Assembly: GCF_009914755.1 (NCBI RefSeq)
Contig: NC_060935.1
DNA from: the human T2T-CHM13v2.0 reference genome, Homo sapiens
Strand: one strand, 5' to 3'
Length of the DNA stretch: 64,000 bases
The notes below the pieces were generated by a model. That model worked only from the letters and a program-made list of their open reading frames with translations. It did no database searches and had not been told where the DNA came from. A program made the translations under genes and the position numbers. The stretch's first letter is position 1. Every line of letters starts with the position of its first letter. Below are positions 42,430 to 64,000 of this stretch, piece after piece.

Positions 42430-44113
42430 CACACAGAAAAAAAATACAGTTTTATCAGAGGAGAATTCACCCAAGTTCCTAAAATCAATCCTCAAAACTT
42501 ACCTCTATTCACAAATGCAGAGATATACTGTGCCTTCTCCTATTTGAGAATCATCTTTCATCTGTACTTTAAATTTCATCTCATTCTAACTTTCCAAGGA
42601 CCTAGCAATATCAATTTCCCTTCTCTCCTTATCTTTAATCTCTTCCACTATATTAGTTATTTTCAATGTGTACTTTAACCATACTCAAATCTATTTTTAA
42701 GCTTTATTTAAAAACAAGGGGAAAAAAATCTTCCCTCTTAACCCTATCCCTTTCTCCACTATTGCTTTTTCTCTTCCCTTTCATAGTCAAGCCTTTTGTA
42801 TAGTCTGTACTTACATGTTTTATAATATTTCAGTCATTCATCAATCTACCTCAAATACTACCATTTCACTGAAACCACCTTAATGACTTTCTCACTGCTA
42901 AACCTAGAGGATACTTGTCAGCCCTCTTCCTTTTTAATGTCTGTTGCACTTGATGTTGTTAATCACTCTTTTCTTGAAGTACTCCCTTCCTTTCTTCTTT
43001 TGTAACATTCTGTTCTGATTTTCCCTCTCATTCTGCTTATGTTTTTAAAGATTCCTTTGGCTTTATTTCAAATGATGGTATCCTATTCCCTCTTCTAGTG
43101 CTACATATTCTCCTGAAAGGTCTCAGTCCCTGCCATAACTAGAATGAACAGGGAATAAAAATAATCAGTAATCTCCAGACATCGCTACATATATAGGATA
43201 CATAGAGAAATGCAGAGAGCATATTTAACCCCCTATTCAACATTTCCTCCTAAATATCTTATAGACATCTAAAATCAATGTGTTTGAAGCTTTCCCTACT
43301 TCCAAATTCTGCTCCATTCTTCTATATCTGTTTCTCTTCCTATGGACTCTGGATTATTGAATCTAACAGGTGACACATGCCAGAGACCTGAGTGATACGC
43401 TTGTCTCTCATACATCCAGAAAACATTAAATCCTAATGACTTTTATCCTTTAAATATTGTGTTAATTTTGTCTGTTCTTCATCTTTGCTGCCACTACCCC
43501 AATTCAGGCCATAATCAATAACCTCACTGAAACTGGCATAACAGGTATTTCCCTTGCCTCAGTTCATTATCATAATGTTGCCAGAATGCACTTTCTAATA
43601 TGAGAAGCTAATCATAGTATATCTTGGCTTAAGACCTTTCTGTGCTCCTTGTTGATCTTAACATAAGATCTAAGCTCCTTAACTTCTGACTATAAGGCCT
43701 TTAACAATCTGCCACTGCTGATTCACTTTAGCCTTCTCTCTTCTCATCCTCTCACTATTCTTCCTCATACTTTGTGTTTATCATTCTGAGCTTTTAATTC
43801 CATTCTCTCCTGTCTCTAGACCTTTGCTTATGTTCTTTCTTGCTGCCTTTTATTTTCCTCTTGTTTTTGAAGTCCCCAGTTAGACATCTCTTCCAGAAAG
43901 TTTTCCTTAACTACTGCTTTCCTTCCCTTTACCTACACTCAGTATTCCTTCTGTATACTTCTGTAGTAGTCTTTATTTACCTTATCATGGCACTTACTAC
44001 ACATTTTTTACATCAGGTAATCATGAAATTGCCTGATCGTGATTACTTATTTAATAGACTGTAAACTCTATAACCATGGGAGCCATGTAGGAGCATAATG
44101 AATAAATGAGTGA
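42430..44113 (+). mobile_element. L2 LINE (RT remnant to 3' end)
   Basis: cactgaaacc...ctcactgctaaacc...aatcactcttttcttgaa, tagactgtaaactc, and a terminal aatgaataaatgagtga tail. Confidence 0.7.
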
Positions 44114-44899
44114 TTTGAAAGCCTGGGTAAAGGCAATTAAATTATATTGGTAAGAAATAGATAGTCATGGAGTGTTTTGAGCAATTAAGAAATATTATGA
44201 TGGATACACTGCAGAAATAAAGTAAAATTTGAAGTAATGGAAACTCCTCATTGCCCTAATCTAAACATGAGGTGATGTTTGTTACTATACTTTTAAGACT
44301 TTTGTCATAAATTTGCTATTTTACTTTTCTACTTCTGTATTTCAGTATGTATATTAGATTCTAAATGTTTAACGGGTTATGCTTAGACTGCTCTGATATG
44401 AAACACCATTTTTCTACATATTTCCTCATTTAATAGGTACCTCTTAAGAAAGCCAATTTCTATTTCTGTGCTATATACATGTGTAGGTGATGAAGGAGAG
44501 ACAGAAAGTAGGATGATTCCCAGATTTTTATCCTGGGAAAGTTTAGAATTAGTACCATTAAGTGAAGTTAGAAAAGGAAAAGAATGAGCAAATATTGAGG
44601 TGAGGTAAATAATTCAGTTTAAACATAATGACTTTTAGGTACTAGTGAAAAACCCAAGGCATTCAACCTAATAGAAAGTTGGATTTTCTGGCATGAAATT
44701 TAGGCTAGAGAAAAAGATTTAGGATTTTTCAACATTATTTAACTGTTTTATTCAGTGTGTGTTTTAGTGTTGTCATAGACAAATGGCAGATTGCCCAGGT
44801 TTATACTTGTGGATCCGGAATGGAACTTTGGGAGATCTCTTAACTCCCTGAAATTACATGAAAATTTGTGTTTGGCTATGTGTATATATATATATATAT

Positions 44900-44972
44900 T
44901 TGCAGTGAGTCAATATGCCACTGCACTCCAGCCTGCGTGAGAGTGAGACTCCGTCTGAAAAAAAAAAAAAAA
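44900..44972 (+). mobile_element. Alu 3'-terminal fragment
   Basis: ttgcagtgag...ccactgcactccagcctg...gagactccgtct plus poly(A). Confidence 0.85.
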
Positions 44973-45074
44973 GTTATTATGAGGATTAAATAAACCAATG
45001 CATGAGAAGTGCAGTGCAGTGTTTAGTATAGAGTTAGTGCTCAATAATATTAGCTATTTGCTGTTTTTTAACCA

Positions 45075-46200
45075 CATGTTGAGTACCCTAGAATTGGTGA
45101 GTTCTCACATACCCACAGTGAGAAAAAGAAGACAAGGTCTTAAGTTTTCCCTTTCCCACAATTGGGGTCAGCCACCTCCTGGCAGGCCCAAAGAACTAGC
45201 ACAGATACTTCCTCATATCTCCACCACCGTCACTGCTGTTACCAGGCAATAAAGTCAAGGACTGGAGAAAGCAGGAGTACAACATTTATGGTAAAAAGTG
45301 AGGCAAGTGAGGGGATACAACTCCAAGGGCATCAGTCGTAGACATTGAAGTTGCTTTCAAGAAGCAGAACTTGACATTCCTGTTTCCCAGCCAATTCCCT
45401 GCTAACCTCTAGAACCTGCAAGCCCATCAAATTAAATAGTGCAGGAAGAGAGTTATTGGGAAAGCCTGCTTTATATCTGCTGGATTTTGTCAACATTCTC
45501 AAACATTAAGACTATTACCTGTTTCTCATATAGGAAAAGGAGGGGGGCCTGCTAGAATAGATTGTGTAAACAAACACAGCTAGAAGAATAATGACAGTAA
45601 TAGTATTTCCAAAGAGAGACTGAGGATGAATTAGTGGCCCCAAAAACACTAGATTCTACCTCTTTGAGGGGTTCTTCAGTGACATATAGGGCCAGAATGA
45701 AGTAAGGTACCACCCACAAACCACACTTAACATCTGCATGGAAACCACCTAATTTTAGAGGGTATAAGCAGCAGACTTAATACAACAGGTCAGAGTGAGG
45801 CTAGGGACATCTCTCTACCTGTGCCAGACAGGCAATTACAGAAACTGATCTCTGCCACTCTTCTTTTTCTTACTTTCCCAGTATAGGAGCTAGGACTTGA
45901 AGAAAAGACTTGTAGGAAGAGGTATCTTAGAACTTCCTTTTCTCACTGCTGCCCCCTCCACTTAACACCGCCTTACTAAGTATTTCAAGTCACAAGCCTT
46001 AGTGGAAAATGTTGTAATTGACTATTGACTAAGTTTTTAACTGGACAGTTCCAAGTTTTAATAACTGAAACTAGTGAGAATCATGGAAGCAGCTCCGGAT
46101 ATCATTAAAAGATGAGAAAAGGAAGATTTGGCTTGCATAGCTGAAAGTAGTGACTAGCAAAAAGTACATAAAATCATTTCATATGTACGTAACAAAAACT
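45075..46200. mobile_element. Possible ancient LTR element, family uncertain
   Basis: More GC-balanced block with gactaagtttttaactggac...taataactgaaa, reminiscent of old eutherian LTRs; recall only. Confidence 0.3.
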
Positions 46201-46469
46201 TGAGAGCTCTATATAAACTGTTTACGTACACAAAGAATGGCTAAAGAAACAGGAGAAAAGTTATAAAAACTGGGAAAAGGTGGGGAGGGAGTGTACAGTA
46301 GTTTCATGAAGAAAGTTGTCAATGGTAATAGTTCCCATAAATAAATAAGGTAAGGATTTACAAATATCCAACAAATTAGACAATTATAAAATAATTGGTG
46401 TTGGAGAGCAGTCTTGGTGGAGTGATGATACAGCTCATTTGGATTTTTGTATTAAGAAAAAAATGATAT

Positions 46470-46960
46470 TCCTGTTGTTTCTATCCACTAGGCTTTGTTC
46501 CACCCCTTGGAGCCATAATGTACAAATGAAATTCCATTTCCGTTTTATAGTCCAACAGATATTTGAAGACAGCTATCTTATGTCTCTCGGGTCTCTTTCT
46601 TTAAGCTAAATATTTCCATTTCTCATTGTCACATACTTTCAGCTCCCTTCACCATCACTGTTTTTGAAGATGCTTTAGTTTGTGTAAGTCCCCAAACTGA
46701 ATATATTATCATCAGGTTGGTTGACTACTGTGGAATAGAACAGGACAAGCATCTTTCTGAACCTAGAAATTAGACTGTTAATTCAGACCAAAATTACATT
46801 TGCTTTTTGGCAGTTCTGTCACATCATTATCATTTTTACTTGCCCAGTGTTATGGGGATTCACTAAATAGATTAATTAAATGCTTATTGTACAACCTCAA
46901 AATTTGTTTCACAAAATTGGTAATTTTCAGCTTGATGAGTTTAGTGTTTTTGCTAATCCC
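46470..46960 (-). mobile_element. L3/CR1 fragment
   Basis: cagatatttgaagacagctatc...ccccaaactgaat...cattt gctttttggcag-type L3 motifs. Confidence 0.6.
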
Positions 46961-47134
46961 TAAGTAGGTGATCTCCCTATTAGTTTTTCCTGCCTCATAT
47001 GATTCTTTGAAAAAACAGAAGTGATAACTATTATAGAATATATGTGTATATGTGTATAAAATGGTGTGTTTTCAAACTATAGTAGATGTGGATGATTTAT
47101 AAGACAAGATCGATTTTTGTTTGTTGTTTTTTCC

Positions 47135-48310
47135 TCTAATTAATTCTACAAATATTAAGTATATGTATACTATGTGCCGGGCACTAGAGATACAATAATA
47201 GGATGCATTCTCTGCCATAATAATCTTTTAGCTTCATGGAGGAATTTCAGGAATGTTTATTAAATACTACTAGGGGTTAAGAGGGTGCTCCAGAGCACAC
47301 TGATATCTTACCCAGCCTTGAGTAAAGCTTCTTAATAATGGTGCCACCTAATCTTGGTCTGGAAGGAGGTGAGCAAATTAGTTAGCCAGAGTTGTGAAGG
47401 AATTTATACAAGGGTCCTGAGGCAAGGAGCAATATGGGTGGTGCTAACAAGTAGTTTGCTATCCCTGGAATTTATGAAATATGGAAGGGGGAATGTATTG
47501 GGAAAGAAGGCAATACAACATTTAAAGAGGCTTATATGGCTTGCTTTTTGGGTGTTTTTCGACTGAGAGCAATGAAAAGCCATTTAAGTTTTTGAAACGG
47601 GAGTGACAAGATTAGATTTGCTCTTTAGAAAAATATACTCTTGAGTAATGTGGAGAATAGATTGGAGGGAGGAGTAAGGTTAGAGATACAGGGACCAATT
47701 GGGAGGCTGATAGTGAGAGGTAAGGATGAATTGAACTACATTATTGTCAGTAAAGATGGAAGGAAGTGGATGGATTTTAAAGATTTAGGAAGTTAAAGCC
47801 GTGATTATTTGTGGGGATAAAAAGGAAAGGGAAGAGCTGAGAATGAAAACCATAGTAGCTAACATTTATTGACCACTTAACTACGCACAAGGCACTGATT
47901 TAAGTATTTAAATCTTGCCACAGTCTTATGAGGTAGGTATAATTTTATTATTCCTATATCATAGTTGAAGAAACCTCAAGCCCAAAGGAAATGGTTACCA
48001 AATAACTTAACGAATTAGCATGTTACCACCAGAAGATGGGCAGCAAGGAAGAGGAAAAAATACAGTTTCCCATTTGGACATGTCATGAAATTCTGTTGGC
48101 ACATTGAAGTAAAGATAAGATAACATAAAACATGTTTGCTAAGTACTATGTCTAGTTAACAATATGCAAATAAATAGCATGATGTCAATGCCTGGAGCTT
48201 AGCACGGAGAAAGCTGAGCTAGAGATAAAGAAAAGATCACTAAGGATAGTATGGGGAGCAAGAAAAAAGTCAGAACCCTCACTCATTTAAGAGATAGGTA
48301 GAAAAAGACA
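47135..48310 (-). mobile_element. L2 (with MIR insertion ~47850-47990)
   Basis: tactatgtgccgggcactagagataca..., aatgaaaagccatt, tgtggagaatagattggaggg. Confidence 0.7.
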
Positions 48311-48539
48311 ACTGTGACATCTAGTTTGTTTATTATCCTTCATTACTCATAAATCACTCAGTTTTTTTAATTATCTACGAGTACATATCCCTACTTTAAG
48401 TAGTACTGATCTGATATAGTTCATTCTCTTAGTTGAGTATTGTAATATGCATCCGTAACTTTATGAAAGTTTTAATTCTTCTAATTAAATAGTTTAGGTT
48501 TCTTTCTCTCATTACTAAAAAGTTGTTAAACAACAGTCA

Positions 48540-49580
<1,041 letters not shown>

Positions 49581-49653
49581 TTACTACTAAATTGAAGGAG
49601 GAGGATTAGGGTGAATGCAAAGAAATAAGAGACAGTTACAGTCATTTAGGTAA

Positions 49654-49976
<323 letters not shown>

Positions 49977-50107
49977 AGTTAAGAGTTGTTAGTAGTATGA
50001 CTCGTGGAATGACATTAGCATGGAGGAAGTAATCAAATCCCACAAATACTTTGATACTTTGCTAATACGTTTCACTGGATTATAAGGATGGGGAGAGAGG
50101 TGGATTG

Positions 50108-50152
50108 GTGTGTGTGTGTGTGTGTGTGTGTGTATGAGAGCGAGAGAGAGAG
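50108..50152. repeat. (TG)n-(AG)n microsatellite
   Basis: Directly visible. Confidence 0.9.
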
Positions 50153-51124
50153 AAAGAGGAGATATTGGGGATAAATTCTGGCTTTCTGAAAACTGAAAGA
50201 GGGCCACATTTGGTGCAAGAAAATGAGTTACTGGGTTTCATCTTGGGCATGTTGGACCTGAAGCATCCTTATTCTTCTATATTTAGTACCAATAAAACCC
50301 TAAAAGCTGCATGAAAAGTCCATGGTAAGGGGGTATAGCTATGTAATGTATGTATGGTTCATAAGTTTTCTAGAATATTATTCAGCCTTAAACATGTTAG
50401 CTACAAGACTATAAAGCATGTTAGATTAAGTGAAAAAAGTAGGATACCAAATCCAGTAATCACTGAAAACATAGAAAAAGTACTGAAAGGAAATAGAGCA
50501 AACTTTAAGCAAGGATTATTTGAGGACTGTGGGTGAATTTTTTAAAATTTAAATTTTCCATTTTGTAAAAATATCAATCTTAGAAATTAAAAATTTTAAT
50601 GTCAGGTTTGTTTCTTATATCGATTTATAATGACCATGGTTTAAATGTTTGCTTCTCTAAACTGACTTAATAGTAATTACTTCAGGTAAAATCAATTATT
50701 TTTTAAACATGACTTTCTAGTTAGTTCCAAAGTTGAGTGAAGGTGAATTCTTAGTTATACAAAGTAAGCAATTTTTCCAGTGTTACAGCTGTATTAATCA
50801 GTAGTCAGTGCTGATCATCTCTCCCATAGTTGTCTCTGCTAGCTTTTCCATCTGTCAGCTGTAAGCAATGCAGAAGCATTGAAAACATTTTCCTTTGCCG
50901 TAACACACTAAAATTCTCATAAAATGTCCCTAAATCATTAAGTACATTTTGTGAGTGACAAATAATGTTAAAGAACTAGCTATGTGTTTTAATATATAAA
51001 ATTAGACTTTGTGTAAATTGACCATACTTTTAATCATGGATTTTCTCTAAGATAATGTGCTAAGAAGGTATCTAAACAACTCACCACCTGATATTTTGGT
51101 CATACTTTAGGGAATTGTTTTAAT

Positions 51125-54900
<3,776 letters not shown>

Positions 54901-55023
54901 TGAAGTTCCCTATACCTGAAGTGTGTATGTATGTGCAGGGGGTAATTTTGTGGATATCAAAGTGATGTAGTAGTTGGAGAATGATGTCTGGAACCAGAAA
55001 GTCTATTAAAAGTACCTAGTTCT

Positions 55024-55303
<280 letters not shown>

Positions 55304-55502
55304 GTGCCTAGTTCTCATTGACTCTCTTTACAAGTCTCTTAGCCTATCTATCTATGCCTCAGGAATACGCAGTTTTTGTTCCACCTCATATACTTGTTTT
55401 AAGGAAAAAAAATATAAAAACATATGAGTGTGCTTGCTGTTTGATAGCCATTTGATTCTTTTCTTGCTATATGTTTCTAACTGCAACTTTTCCTTTTTAC
55501 AG

Positions 55503-55624
55503 AGGAGGATAAATATAATATTTACTCACCTTTGCTCTTCAAGTATTTCCTGGCAGAAGGAATTGTCAATGGGCATACTTTGTTGGTTGCATCTGCTAAA
55601 GAGGATCCTGCCAACATTTTACAG
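55503..55624 (+). CDS. ELP4: ELP4 coding exon 3 (122 nt)
   Basis: Branch-like ctaac and acceptor cttttcctttttacag; encodes (E)[40 protein letters not shown]; donor CAG|GTATAG; phase matches exon 2. Confidence 0.97.
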
Positions 55625-56324
55625 GTATAGAATATATGAACTTAATATTGCATTTTGAATGTTTCATGAAAAAATATTGTTTATATATGTAAACAAGATA
55701 TATGTTTGTATATATACAAACTATATTTAAATGCATTAACGGAACCATACATTTTTTAAAATCTCAGTAAAAAGTATCAAATTTATTTGAACATAGGATT
55801 ACATTTTAAACTAATGTTTTTGAACAAATTTTTTAAAGTTCATATGAGAGTTGGGGAAATATTAAGCTACTAAAAACTGACACTAAATAAAATTACTAGA
55901 CCAGGCATTCACAAAAGTCATGCTTAATAGCAAAAAATTCTAGTTTACACTTCTTATTGAAGAAAGGGGAAAAACATCCTTTAATTTTTTGCTTCTAATT
56001 ATAACATCTTCATTTTGACTACTATGGCAAAGCAAATTTTCCAAAGTCTAAGCTTTTCTATACTACTAACAAAGTATCACTTAACTGTTACTCTTAAGAA
56101 GTCCTTAAAAGAAACTTGAAATTTGAATTTTCAGCCTGAAACTATTAGATAAAGTATATGAGTTACAGCAAATAATGGAATAAAAACAAAAGGGACATCT
56201 ATATAATCAGCAAATTGGCTGATAAGAATTTTAAATATTTTACATTTCTACTTAGCACAAGCAAAAATAAACTGATTCCAAGGCACTACAGTATTTGCCA
56301 TTTTTACTGCAAGCTTTAGGCAAT

Positions 56325-56460
56325 TTTTTTTCTTTTAATTTTGAAGAGATGAGGTCTCACTATGTTGCCAGACTGGTCTTGAATTCCTGGTCTCAAGGGA
56401 TTCTCCCACCTGGGCCTCCCAAAGTTCTGGGATTACAGGCATCAGCCACCGCATCCAGCC
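56325..56460 (-). mobile_element. FLAM / Alu left monomer
   Basis: Monomer only; TSD tactgcaagcttta at 56305 and 56461. Confidence 0.85.
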
Positions 56461-57849
56461 TACTGCAAGCTTTAATCATAATTTCATTCTAAATGTATCT
56501 AAGGAAATTAAAATGTTCATACATATAAAAATTATTATATCTGATAGGTAATATTCTACACAGTCATGATAATAAGAGAATTCTGGAAAACATTAGATAA
56601 AGAAAACAACTGTAGATTGTTTGGTAATTATATTACCAGTATGCCAGAGGTATAAATCAGAAGAATCAGAAATTAGAAGTACTCATTGATTAATATTAGT
56701 TTTCTTGGAGAATGCCACAAATGATTCTCTTCTATGATAAAATATGTCATTGATGTACTGAATCTTTAAGCCAAAGCACACTTTTTCCCTCAGAGAGGAC
56801 ACTTTTAACTTTTAGAATTCTTAGTTTCTTTGTCCATAACAGAATCCTAATTTAAGACATTATTTGAATAGAGTTCATAATCTAAAGTCATTTTTCCATA
56901 GGATATTTTAATTTTAGTACATAGTTTGCAAAATGGCAAATTAGTCATTTATAAGGAATTTGTAACATAATAAATACTAATTCATAATACCTGTGAACAA
57001 ATGCCAACAAACTTCTTTGCCTTAGTATAAAAGTCACTATAATGCTGAGGTCAAAACTAAAATAATTCGTTCATATGATTCAGACTTTGCTTGTTAAATA
57101 ATATTGTTATGAAATCCAAAGCAGAAACCTGTATTTGATTGATTTTCCTCTGGTTGTAGGGCTTATTTTTTTCTCAATCTCTTTTGTAGTTGTTTACTTT
57201 TTACAATATTTCTTGGTGTTTTCTTTTGCTCTGTTTTCTGGCTTTTATCATCTTGGCCAACTTCTGGACAGTGCTACACTTGCTAGGAGCAGTGGAGTAA
57301 AGGCCAAAACCATTGTTGTAAGTAAGCTACACAGGTTCTTCATGACATATTCCACAATATACCGAGACTAAGATTTTATATCAAACATCTATATAGCCAT
57401 CATAGGAAAATTTTGCCAGCCAGAAGCAGAAATGCCTGTATATGCTTTTGAAAATAAAGTTTTTTATTTTTATTTTTTCCTCTTTCAACCCAGGTAGCTG
57501 ATGTTAAAAATTTGCACAGTTTGCTTTAGAGAACACATTAATTTCAAAACTAATCCCTGACATCTTTCTTAGGGGTGCCTTGAATTTGTACAAGTAAGTA
57601 TTAAAAATCTTAGTGTACTTTACATATCCTTCTTTAGATTATGTGAAGGAGTTTGAAGCTATAAAAGAAATATTACCTTTTTCATCAAGCTTTTATAAAA
57701 TAGCCAGTCATTTATGCAAGTAATTGGGTGTTGCAAAGACTTAGTCATACAATAATTTTATGATGTAGGAGAGTAAAATATAAAATATAAAACTACAGTT
57801 AAAAGCAAAACAGACTCTTAAAAAATACACCGTGTCTGACCAAGCTGCA

Positions 57850-59850
<2,001 letters not shown>

Positions 59851-60886
59851 CGGGGAGGAGCCAAGATGGCCGAATAGGAACAGCTCCGGTCTACAGCTCC
59901 CAGCGTGAGCGACGCAGAAGACGGGTGATTTCTGCATTTCCATCTGAGGTACCAGGTTCATCTCACTAGGGAGTGCCAGACAGTGGGCGCAGGTCAGTGG
60001 GTGCAGTGCACCATGCGCAAGCCGAAGCAGGGCGAGGCATTGCCTCACTCGGGAAGCGCAAAGGGTCAGGGAGTTCCCTTTCCTAGTCAAAGAAAGGGGT
60101 GACAGACGGCACCTGGAAAATCGGGTCACTCCCACCTGAATACTGCACTTTTCAGATGGGTTTAAAAAACGGCGCATCAGGAGTTTATATCCTGCACCTG
60201 GCTCGGAGGGTCCTACGCCCATGGAGTCTCCCTGATTGCTAGCACAGCAGTCTGAGATCAAACTGCAAGGCGGCAGTGAGGCTGGGGGAGGGGTGCCCGC
60301 CATTGCCCAGGTTTGCTTAGGTAAACAAAGCAGCCGGAAAGCTCCAACTGGGTGGAGACCACCACAGCTCAAGGAGGCCTGCCTGCCTCTGTAGGCTCCA
60401 CCTCTCGGGGCAGGGCACAGACAAACAAAAAGACAGCAGTAACCTCTGCAGACTTAAATGTCCCTGTCTGACAGCTTTGAAGAGAGCAGAGGTTCTCCCA
60501 GCGCGCAGCTGGAGATCTGAGGATGGGCAGACTGCCTCCTCAAGTGGGTCTCTGACCCCTGACCCCTGAGCAGCCTAACTGGGAGGCACCCCCCAGTAGG
60601 GGCAGACTGACACCTCACACGGCCGGGTACTCCTCTGAGACAAAACTTCCAGAGGAACGATCAGACAGCAGCATTCGCGGTTCACGAAAAACCACTGTTC
60701 TGCAGCCACTGCTGCTGATACCCAGGCAAACAGGGTCTGGAGTGGACCTCTAGCAAACTCCAACAGACCTGCAGCTGAGGGTCCTGTCTGTTAGAAGGAA
60801 AACTAACAAACAGAAAGGACATCCACACCAAAAACCCATCTTTACATCACAATCATCAAAGACCAAAAGTAGATGAAACCACAAAG

Positions 60887-61884
60887 ATGGGAAAAAAACA
60901 GAGGAGAAAAAGCAGAGCACCTCTCCTCCTCAAAAGGATTGCAGTTCCTCACCAGCAATGGAACAAAGTTGGACAGAGAATGACTTTGACGAGTTGAGAG
61001 AAGAAGGCTTCAGACGATCAAACTACGAGCTACAGGAGGAAATTCAAACCAAAGGCAAAGAAGTTAAAAACTTTGAAAAAAATTGAGACGAATGTATAAC
61101 TAGAATAACCAATACAGAGAACTGCTTAAAGGAGCTGATGGAGCTGAAAGCCAAGGCTCGAGAACTATGTGAAGAATGCAGAAGCCTCAGTAGCCGATGC
61201 GATCAACTGGAAGAAAGGGTATCAGCGATGGAAGATGAAATGAATAAAATGAAGCGAGAAGGGAAGTTTAGAGAAAAAAGAATAAAAAGAAACGAACAAA
61301 GCCTCCAAGAAATATGGGACTATGTGAAAAGACCAAATCTACGTCTGATTGGTGTACCTGAAAGTGATGGGGAGAATGGAACCAAGTTGGAAAACACTCT
61401 GCAGGATATTATCCTGGAGAACTTCCCCAGTATAGCAAGGCAGGCCAACATTCAGATTCAGGAAATACAGAGAATGCCACAAAGATACTCCTCGAGAGGA
61501 GCAACTGCAAGACACGTAATTGTCAGATTCATCAAAGTTGAAATGAAGGAAAAAATGTTAAGGGCAGCCAGAGAGAAAGGTCGGGTTACCCACAAAGGGA
61601 AGCCCATCAGACTAACAGCGGATCTCTCAGCAGAAACTCTACAAGCCAGAAGAGAGTGGGGGCCAATATTGAACATTCTTAAAGAAAAGAATATTCAACC
61701 CAGAATTTCATATCCAGCCAAATGAAGCTTCATAAGTGAAGGAGAAATAAAATCCTTTACAGACAAGCAAATGCTGAGGGATTTTGTCACCACCAGGCCT
61801 GCCCTAAAAGAGCTGCTGAAGGAAGCACTAAACATGGAAAGGAACAACCGGTACCAGCTGCTGCAAAATCATGCCAAAATGTAA
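60887..61884 (+). pseudogene. L1 ORF1, disrupted
   Basis: About 16-nt deletion after agaaaaa causes an early frameshift; premature TGA at 61723-61725; native TAA at 61882-61884. Confidence 0.9.
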
Positions 61885-61932
61885 AGACCATCGAGACTAG
61901 GAAGAAACTGCATCAACTAACGAGCAAAATAA

Positions 61933-64000
<2,068 letters not shown>

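Overview
Primate sequence, matching human chr11p13, spanning the head-to-head IMMP1L/ELP4 CpG-island promoter at about 25.35-25.65 kb. ELP4 (+) coding exons 1-3 lie at 25623-25845, 35897-35932 and 55503-55624 and splice in frame. The non-coding first exon of IMMP1L (-) ends at 25357, so bases 1-25356 are IMMP1L intron 1. The rest is intronic and dominated by transposons: about 28 Alus, old L1M/L2/L3/MIR, MaLR elements (THE1, MST, MLT1), Tigger1/2/3, MER58/MER3/MER47, and the 5' 4.1 kb of an L1PA4-like LINE-1 starting at 59852. Almost all ORFs in the supplied track are repeat-derived or chance ORFs. I see no wholly new multi-gene system. The best leads are: (1) a decayed, intronless glutamine synthetase (GLUL) retrocopy fragment at 20809-21068 that the ORF track shows only as a shadow frame; (2) an L1 antisense promoter with an intact, C-terminally extended ORF0 pointing in the IMMP1L direction; (3) a candidate ELP4 poison exon at 57494-57593; (4) several micro-rearrangement scars, namely a ~65-bp twin-primed L1, a TSD-flanked templated insertion and snap-back duplications; (5) CpG-retaining hairpin and motif-dense unique blocks that may be regulatory. 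Gene and repeat identities come from recalled sequences, not from database searches.
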